From positions 32,001 to 96,000 of the forward strand of contig CAXXYE010000004.1 of assembly GCA_963674865.2 (NCBI GenBank): a stretch of DNA of 64,000 nucleotides. Reading direction: 5' to 3'. The notes beneath the pieces were generated by a model, which had not been told where the DNA came from, ran no database searches, and saw only the letters and a program-made list of their open reading frames with translations. The stretch comes from Candidatus Hydrogenedentota bacterium. GTDB lineage: Bacteria; Hydrogenedentota; Hydrogenedentia; Hydrogenedentales; SLHB01. The first letter of the stretch is position 1; every line of letters starts with the position of its first letter. Below, one piece after another: positions 58,434-64,000 of the stretch. Made by a program: the position numbers and the translations under genes.

Positions 58434-59192
58434 ATGATCCAGGGGTTGTATGCGGCCGCCACCGGCATCATGGCTATCGAGAACCAGCAGGCGTTGGTGG
58501 CCAACAACATAGCGAACGCCGGCACTCCTGGATTTCGGCGCCAGGACGCAGTCAATAAGGGATTCTACGAGGTCTTCCTTAACAAGCTCGTCAGTCCCAC
58601 GCGTCTGAACCAGGAGGCTGGCCCCGGGGGCGGGGTGAAGGTTCTCGAGACATTCACCGACACGCGCAATGGCGTAGTCACCACGACGGGCAACCCGCTC
58701 AACGTAGCGCTTATGGGGCCCGGATACATTGCCGTGGAAACGGCCCAGGGAGATCGGTTCACCCGCAACGGTACGCTCTCGGTGGATACCGAGGGCTATC
58801 TCGTCACTGAAAGTGGCTACAGAGTACAGGATGTGGGCGGCGGGTACATCGATGTCCGTGGCGGGCAGGTAGAGATCGACGGTGACGGGATGATCAGAGT
58901 GGACGGCGAAGTGACGGGCCAGATCCGCCTCGTCGAGTTTGAGGACCCGCACGCGCTTACGCGCGAGGGACATGACCTCTATGCGGCGTTGGATGAGACA
59001 CTGGCGGCCGCTGCCCCCGCGGCGGAGACCCAGGTTATTCCCGAGTCTCTGGAGGCGTCCAACGTACAACTGCCCGTTGAGATGATCAAGATGATCGTCG
59101 GCCTGCGCGCTTACTCTGCCAATCAGCGCGTCATCAATTCCATCGACGAAACCGTGTCCAAGCTCATCGAGCAGGTCGGTTCGCCTGTATAG
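58434..59192 (+). CDS. flgF: Flagellar basal-body rod protein FlgF
   Basis: ANNIANAGTPGF, TGNPLNVAL, FTRNG, LEASNV; precedes flgG. Confidence 0.85.
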   Translation: MIQGLYAAATGIMAIENQQALVANNIANAGTPGFRRQDAVNKGFYEVFLNKLVSPTRLNQEAGPGGGVKVLETFTDTRNGVVTTTGNPLNVALMGPGYIAVETAQGDRFTRNGTLSVDTEGYLVTESGYRVQDVGGGYIDVRGGQVEIDGDGMIRVDGEVTGQIRLVEFEDPHALTREGHDLYAALDETLAAAAPAAETQVIPESLEASNVQLPVEMIKMIVGLRAYSANQRVINSIDETVSKLIEQVGSPV

Positions 59193-59207
59193 CGAGGAGG
59201 GATAGTC

Positions 59208-59999
59208 ATGATCCGCGCCCTGTTTACCGCGGCCACCGGCATGATCGGCCAGCAGTTGCACATTGACACGATCGCCAACAACTTAGCGAACGTCAACACA
59301 AGCGGATTCAAGAAGAGCCGTGTGAATTTCCAGGACTTGCTCTACGAAACGCTCAAGCCGGCCGGTACCGAGACCTCGGCGGGCACCACCGTGCCCGAGG
59401 GAGTTCAGATAGGACACGGCGTACGCGTTGCCTCGGTGGCCAAGCTATTCTCCACCGGCAACCTGATACAGACGGACAACCCCCTAGACCTTGCTATTGA
59501 GGGAGACGGCTTTTTCCAGGTCGATCTTCCGGACGGGCAGACAGCTTACACGCGCGATGGGGCCTTTTCTCTCGATGAAAACGGGCAGATCGTAACGGTT
59601 GACGGTTATCCACTAACGCCCACGATCACGGTGCCCGACGATTACCAGACAATCACGGTGGGATCCGACGGCGTCGTGTCGGCGACTGTCCAAGGCGAGA
59701 CGACGGCCCAGAATCTTGGCACGCTGCAACTGGTGCGCTTCGTCAATCCGGCGGGGCTTGACGCTCGTCTGGGCAGCAACCTGCTTCTCGAAACCGAGGC
59801 TTCAGGGGCGCCCACCGCCGGCGAACCGGGCATCGACGGGGTCGGCCTCGTGCGCCAATACTTCCTGGAAAACTCCAATGTTCAGGTTGTCGAAGAGATC
59901 CTACAACTTATCATTGCCCAGCGTGCGTACGAGGCCAGCTCCAAAGTGATCCAGGCATCCGACGAAATGCTTCAGCTTGCGAACAATGTAAAACGCTAG
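59208..59999 (+). CDS. flgG: Flagellar distal rod protein FlgG
   Basis: IANNLANVNTSGFKK..FQDLLY, YTRDGAF, LENSNVQVVEE, QRAYE. Confidence 0.95.
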   Translation: MIRALFTAATGMIGQQLHIDTIANNLANVNTSGFKKSRVNFQDLLYETLKPAGTETSAGTTVPEGVQIGHGVRVASVAKLFSTGNLIQTDNPLDLAIEGDGFFQVDLPDGQTAYTRDGAFSLDENGQIVTVDGYPLTPTITVPDDYQTITVGSDGVVSATVQGETTAQNLGTLQLVRFVNPAGLDARLGSNLLLETEASGAPTAGEPGIDGVGLVRQYFLENSNVQVVEEILQLIIAQRAYEASSKVIQASDEMLQLANNVKR

Positions 60000-60014
60000 A
60001 TCTGAGGTAGGAAC

Positions 60015-60965
60015 GTGTTGAATTCGCCGCACATACCTGTCGCGCTTGTCGTGCTCGCGCTTGCCGCTATCGGCGCGTTCGGCGACACCGTAGTGTTGAA
60101 GGAAGAGGCCTACGTGAAGGGCCCCAGTGTTACGTTGGGGGACATTGCCGAGATCAAGGGCGATAACGCCGCTGTGCTGGCCGCCATTGAACTCGGGCAG
60201 GCCGCCGCACCGGGAAGCTACAAGCGGCTCAACGCGGCTATCGTTACGGCGCGCGTGAAGAACGCCGGTGTTACTGCGGAAGACGTGGCCATACAAGGCG
60301 CCCGGAGCGTGCGTACCAACACGCTCCATCTCGAAGTCAGCCGAGAGGCCATCGCGGAAGATCTCCGCCGCTACATCGAGGTCGAGATGCCCTGGGATCC
60401 GGCCGAAACCGTGGTCGATGTTACTTTGCCACTTCAAGATGTGATCATCCCCGAGGGCGTGCTTGCGATCGCGTGGTCCCCGAATCCCCAATATCGCTAC
60501 ATCGGTTCCGGGGCGTTTCGGGCGGAATTGGCCGTAGACGGGCGTGTCGAGAAGACCGTTCTCTGTAAGGCATCCGTCGAGCCGTACGTGGATGTTGTCG
60601 TTGCCGCGGCCAGCATTCGGCGAGGAAGCCCCCTTGCGGTGCGGGACGTCACACTCGAGAGGCAGGCACTGTCGACGCTCAAAGGACAAACTTTCCGCGA
60701 CCTCGACGAACTGGCCGGCTATGTGACGCGGACTTCCCTGTTTCCCGGACAAGTTATCACCACGCGCAATGTTGCGCCGCGCCGTCTCGTCAAACGCAAC
60801 CAGGTAGTTACCGTCGAGGTGCGTACCGGCGCGCTGCTCGTCCAATACCGCGCCCGGGCGTTGTCCGACGGCTGCGCGGGCGACCTGCTCATGTGCGAGA
60901 ACATTGACTCGGAACAGGAGTTTCAGGGGCGGTTGGATTCCGACGGCGTTGTGGTTGTCGAGTAG
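60015..60965 (+). CDS. flgA: Flagellar P-ring formation chaperone FlgA (long form)
   Basis: Signal peptide, VTLGDIA, SAF domain, LVKRNQVV, ARALSDG..GD..N.DS. Confidence 0.88.
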   Translation: MLNSPHIPVALVVLALAAIGAFGDTVVLKEEAYVKGPSVTLGDIAEIKGDNAAVLAAIELGQAAAPGSYKRLNAAIVTARVKNAGVTAEDVAIQGARSVRTNTLHLEVSREAIAEDLRRYIEVEMPWDPAETVVDVTLPLQDVIIPEGVLAIAWSPNPQYRYIGSGAFRAELAVDGRVEKTVLCKASVEPYVDVVVAAASIRRGSPLAVRDVTLERQALSTLKGQTFRDLDELAGYVTRTSLFPGQVITTRNVAPRRLVKRNQVVTVEVRTGALLVQYRARALSDGCAGDLLMCENIDSEQEFQGRLDSDGVVVVE

Positions 60966-60976
60966 GGAGGACTGCC

Positions 60977-61612
60977 ATGCGTATGTTTGTTGTCTTGGTT
61001 TCGTTGTCCATCGTGTTTGCCGGAGCGGCCGACGCCGACTCGCTCTTTACCTCCGGCGCCGCACAACAGGGAACGTTGATCTCGGACAAGCAGGTCAAGT
61101 TTGAGGTGGGCGACATCATCACGGTCCTTGTCCAAGAATCCATTGACGCGTCAACGGAGTCCACTACCGACACGAAGAAGGAATCGGCAATCCAGTCTGA
61201 GGCCGACGCCTCGGACAACCAATTTCTTGTGGCCGATAAGCCGAGTGGACTGAATATCATGCCTGCGGCCCGCCTGCCCAATTGGCACATAGAGATGGAA
61301 AACGAGCACAAGGGCGCAGGGGCCACCCGCCGCGCAAACAAGCTCGTTATGACAGTCGCATGCACCGTGACGAAGGTCTATCCCAATGGCAATGTTCGCA
61401 TCGAGGGAGAGAAGCTGGTGACGGTGAACCGGGAAAAGTCCAAACTCTCTCTCAGTGGCCTTGTTCGCGGGCGGGATGTGTCCCCGGCCAACACGGTTGC
61501 TTCGAGCCAAGTCGCCGACGCCACCATCGAGCTTAACGGCCAAGGTCCCCTGTGGAATAACCAGCGCCGCGGCATTCTGACTAAAGTGCTGGACTGGTTC
61601 TCTCCCTTCTAG
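60977..61612 (+). CDS. flgH: Flagellar L-ring protein FlgH
   Basis: GDIITVLV.E, PNGNVRIEGEK..VN, GLVR..DV...NTV.S..VADA, ends SPF. Confidence 0.92.
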   Translation: MRMFVVLVSLSIVFAGAADADSLFTSGAAQQGTLISDKQVKFEVGDIITVLVQESIDASTESTTDTKKESAIQSEADASDNQFLVADKPSGLNIMPAARLPNWHIEMENEHKGAGATRRANKLVMTVACTVTKVYPNGNVRIEGEKLVTVNREKSKLSLSGLVRGRDVSPANTVASSQVADATIELNGQGPLWNNQRRGILTKVLDWFSPF

Positions 61613-61623
61613 CGAGGTATGAC

Positions 61624-62736
61624 ATGCGCATCAACGGCACATTTCTTCCCCTGACATTCTGTGTGCTGACGGCGGCCGTTCTGTTCGCACCGGGCGCGTC
61701 GGCCGCCCGCCTAAAGGATCTTTGCGAGATTCAGGGGGCGCGGGGAAATGATCTGAAGGGCATTGGCATCGTTGTCGGCCTGGCGGGCACCGGTGACAAG
61801 ACGGACGCCGCCAAGCGGGCCCTCGACCGCATGCTCGACCGGCTCGACATCGAAGTGTCAGACATGAAGGAATTGAAGTCGGACAACGTTGCCATCGTCG
61901 TCACTACGGCCGTTCTGCCACCCTTCGCGAAGGAGGGCACCCGGTTTGACGTGCTCGTCAACTCCATCTACGACTGTGAAAGCCTGGAAGGCGGTACGCT
62001 CCTCGAGACCTATCTCAGGAGCGTCGGCGCAGACAGCCCCGTATACGCCGTGGCGCAAGGCCCCCTTTCCGTTGGCGGATTCAACGCCGGTGCGGGCGGG
62101 ACGGGGGTGCGCAAAAATCACGTCACCGCCGGACGCATTCCCATGGGGGCCCATGTCGAGCGCGAGGTACCGGCCACCATTACCGACGGCGAGCGGCTGA
62201 CCCTTCTTCTCAAGCGTCCTGATTTCACCACGGCGGACAACCTTCAGCAAGCCATCAACTCCGTCATCGGAGTCGACTGCGCCACGGCTTTCGGCGCGGG
62301 CGCCGTCAATGTGATTATCCCCCCGGAGGCGCGGGCCGAACTGGTTTCCTTTGTGGCGCGCCTTGAGGAGATCAACGTCGAAACCGATGCGCCCGCCCGG
62401 ATCGCCATTAATGAGCGCACCGGCACCATCGTCGTTGGAGGGCAGGTGATGATACGGCCGTGTCAGGTGGCCCATGGGAACCTGACTATTCGTGTTGCCG
62501 AGACGCCAATGGTATCTCAGCCGGGCCCCTTTAGTATTGGCGAGACGGTCAAGGCGCCGCTAACTGATGTGCTGCCCGAGGAAGAAGATGCCTATTTGAT
62601 GCCGGTAGAGGGGACTTCCGCCAGCGATGTTGCGGCCGCCCTAAACAAGCTTAAGGTCACGCCGCGGGACATGATCTCCATCTTTCAAGCCTTGCGCGAA
62701 GCAGGCGCCTTGGAAGCCGATCTGGAAGTGATGTAA
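61624..62736 (+). CDS. flgI: Flagellar P-ring protein FlgI
   Basis: RLKDL, GIVVGLAGTGD, SLEGGTLL, YAVAQG, INERTGTIV, GALEADL. Confidence 0.95.
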   Translation: MRINGTFLPLTFCVLTAAVLFAPGASAARLKDLCEIQGARGNDLKGIGIVVGLAGTGDKTDAAKRALDRMLDRLDIEVSDMKELKSDNVAIVVTTAVLPPFAKEGTRFDVLVNSIYDCESLEGGTLLETYLRSVGADSPVYAVAQGPLSVGGFNAGAGGTGVRKNHVTAGRIPMGAHVEREVPATITDGERLTLLLKRPDFTTADNLQQAINSVIGVDCATAFGAGAVNVIIPPEARAELVSFVARLEEINVETDAPARIAINERTGTIVVGGQVMIRPCQVAHGNLTIRVAETPMVSQPGPFSIGETVKAPLTDVLPEEEDAYLMPVEGTSASDVAAALNKLKVTPRDMISIFQALREAGALEADLEVM

Positions 62737-63065
62737 TGCTCTACATTAATCCCCTCGCCACTCCATTGGCCCTGCGAGGCGCCGGAGATAGCAGCAGTCC
62801 GGCACGAGAGAAACTGGCTTTGCAGGAGTTGGAACACTTCTTCGCGCTGCAAATTGTGCGCGAAATGCGCAAGAGCGTGCCGCGGGATGCCCTCTTGGAT
62901 GGCGGGCAGGCCCAGAGCTTGTTCGAAGACATGCTGGACGACGCCATCAGTGCCGAATGGGCAAAGAGCGGCCAGCTCGGCGTGGCTGCACAGGTGGAAG
63001 CCCAACTGAGAGCCGCCGAGGCGCAGCAGGGCGTGGCGAACGCCGAAGTCATGAATGGCGCGTGA
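62736..63065 (+). CDS. flgJ: Single-domain FlgJ (rod-binding protein)
   Basis: ELEHFF..IVREMRKSVP, FEDMLD, LGVA; no muramidase domain. Confidence 0.85.
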   Translation: MLYINPLATPLALRGAGDSSSPAREKLALQELEHFFALQIVREMRKSVPRDALLDGGQAQSLFEDMLDDAISAEWAKSGQLGVAAQVEAQLRAAEAQQGVANAEVMNGA

Positions 63066-63106
63066 GATAGGCCCAGGCCGCAGTCCGGTGCAACGGGCGA
63101 TAAGAC

Positions 63107-63134
63107 TCAAGCCGGACGCCGGTATTGCCGACAA
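63107..63134 (+). promoter_or_regulatory. sigma28 (FliA) promoter upstream of flgN
   Basis: TCAAG-N15-GCCGACAA. Confidence 0.75.
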
Positions 63135-63156
63135 ATAACACCGAAGAGAGAAGAGC

Positions 63157-63666
63157 ATGATCGAGAAACGTCTGGAAGAACTGTGTAGCCTGTTTGACAC
63201 CGAGCTTGAGCGGCAACATGACGTTCTCGCCTTGTGCCGCTCGCAAGGTGAGGCTGCAAGGACGCATGACGTGGAATGCCTCAACGCAAAGACGATGGCC
63301 CTCGAGATCCTCTTTCGCGATTCCCTTGAGGCGGAGCCTGAGCGGCATAGGCTACTGCACGAAGTTGTGGCCTATTATGACCTTCCCCGCGAAAAGCAGA
63401 CGCTTACCGATCTGATCGCGGTGGCGCCCGAACCATGGCGCAGGCGCTTGGGCGAGTTCCAGAGCGGCCTTCGGAGTACGCTCGACGAGATCCGGCGTGC
63501 TGTCCGGGGCAATGCCGGAATCATGCGGCGCTCTCTCAGGAGAATCAACCTGTTTCTTCGACTCCTCGGAGGTCCTGACGAAGGGCGCGCGAACGATTAC
63601 GACGCGCGTGGTAGCGAACCGGCCCCGAGTTCTCTGCGTCCCGTGGTGATCGACCAGAGAGGATAG
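63157..63666 (+). CDS. flgN: Flagellar export chaperone FlgN
   Basis: Helical protein, E.ER..L, TLTDLI, N..IMRRSL, Y..RG, ends IDQRG; flagellar context. Confidence 0.75.
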   Translation: MIEKRLEELCSLFDTELERQHDVLALCRSQGEAARTHDVECLNAKTMALEILFRDSLEAEPERHRLLHEVVAYYDLPREKQTLTDLIAVAPEPWRRRLGEFQSGLRSTLDEIRRAVRGNAGIMRRSLRRINLFLRLLGGPDEGRANDYDARGSEPAPSSLRPVVIDQRG

Positions 63667-63675
63667 CCAACAGCA

Positions 63676-64000
63676 ATGACTGTATTGCGTGTTACGCCAC
63701 AGATTATCGCCCAGAGTACGCTCCAGAATCTCAACGGCCAGATCAAGAAGATACTGGAACTCCAAGAGCAGCTCGCTACGGGCCTCAAGGTTAATTCGCC
63801 ATCCGATGACGCGACTGCTACGGGGCAAGCCATCAGTGCGCGGACCGCTATTGCCAAGCAGGAGCAGTACCTCGCCAACATGTCGGCTGTGGGCCCGCAG
63901 CTTTCCGAAAGCGAATCGGTGCTCGACACGGTGATCGATGTCATGCAGCGGGCGTACGAACTGACGACGGAAGGCGCTAACGGCACGTTCAGCCAGACGC
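63676..64000 (+). CDS. flgL: Flagellar hook-associated protein 3 FlgL (partial, runs off the window)
   Basis: MTVLRVTPQII..TLQNLN..QEQLATGLKVNSPSDD...GANGTFS; not in the ORF track. Confidence 0.85.
   Translation, partial: MTVLRVTPQIIAQSTLQNLNGQIKKILELQEQLATGLKVNSPSDDATATGQAISARTAIAKQEQYLANMSAVGPQLSESESVLDTVIDVMQRAYELTTEGANGTFSQT

Noticed and set aside
1..64000. CRISPR array, prophage, rRNA or recognisable defence system
   Set aside because: No regularly spaced repeats, phage genes, rRNA-like sequence or known defence domains were seen

Overview
GC-rich (roughly 60-65% by eye), gene-dense bacterial chromosome segment from a flagellated diderm (FlgH/FlgI, TolC). The gene content suggests a poorly studied lineage such as Hydrogenedentota or PVC, but this is inference only. 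Left to right: rpsT; a minus-strand catabolic run (SDR, GH29 fucosidase, two small paralogous Cys-motif proteins, C-N hydrolase, aldo/keto reductase); a DUF62 SAM hydrolase and an FHA-GGDEF protein; a complete IS1202-like (ISNCY) element with a 16-bp target duplication; a GH106-like hydrolase; polX-nth-CPBP; DUF2339/DUF3999; ctpA-rph-rdgB-tsaC-rpiB-hslU-pgeF; a membrane-anchored ECF sigma with STN-like repeats; rimP-nusA(two indels)-infB-DUF503-rbfA-nrnA-truB-ribF; a TolC/MFP/ABC exporter; an Eis-like GNAT; an ECF sigma fused to a PheRS-alpha-like domain beside tRNA-Leu(CAA); a GT-C/TPR protein; a 5-formyl-THF cyclo-ligase; two hybrid histidine kinases; an ArsR gene with an unannotated 46-aa Cys/His peptide; and a sigma54/sigma28 flagellar cluster (flgFGAHIJ-N-L). 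The best novelty candidates are the ECF-PheRS-like fusion (its upstream motif recurs before the exporter operon), the ArsR/mini-metallothionein-like cassette, and a promoter-anchored 94-nt hairpin RNA at 15488-15581. All family calls come from motif recognition by eye; no database searches were run.
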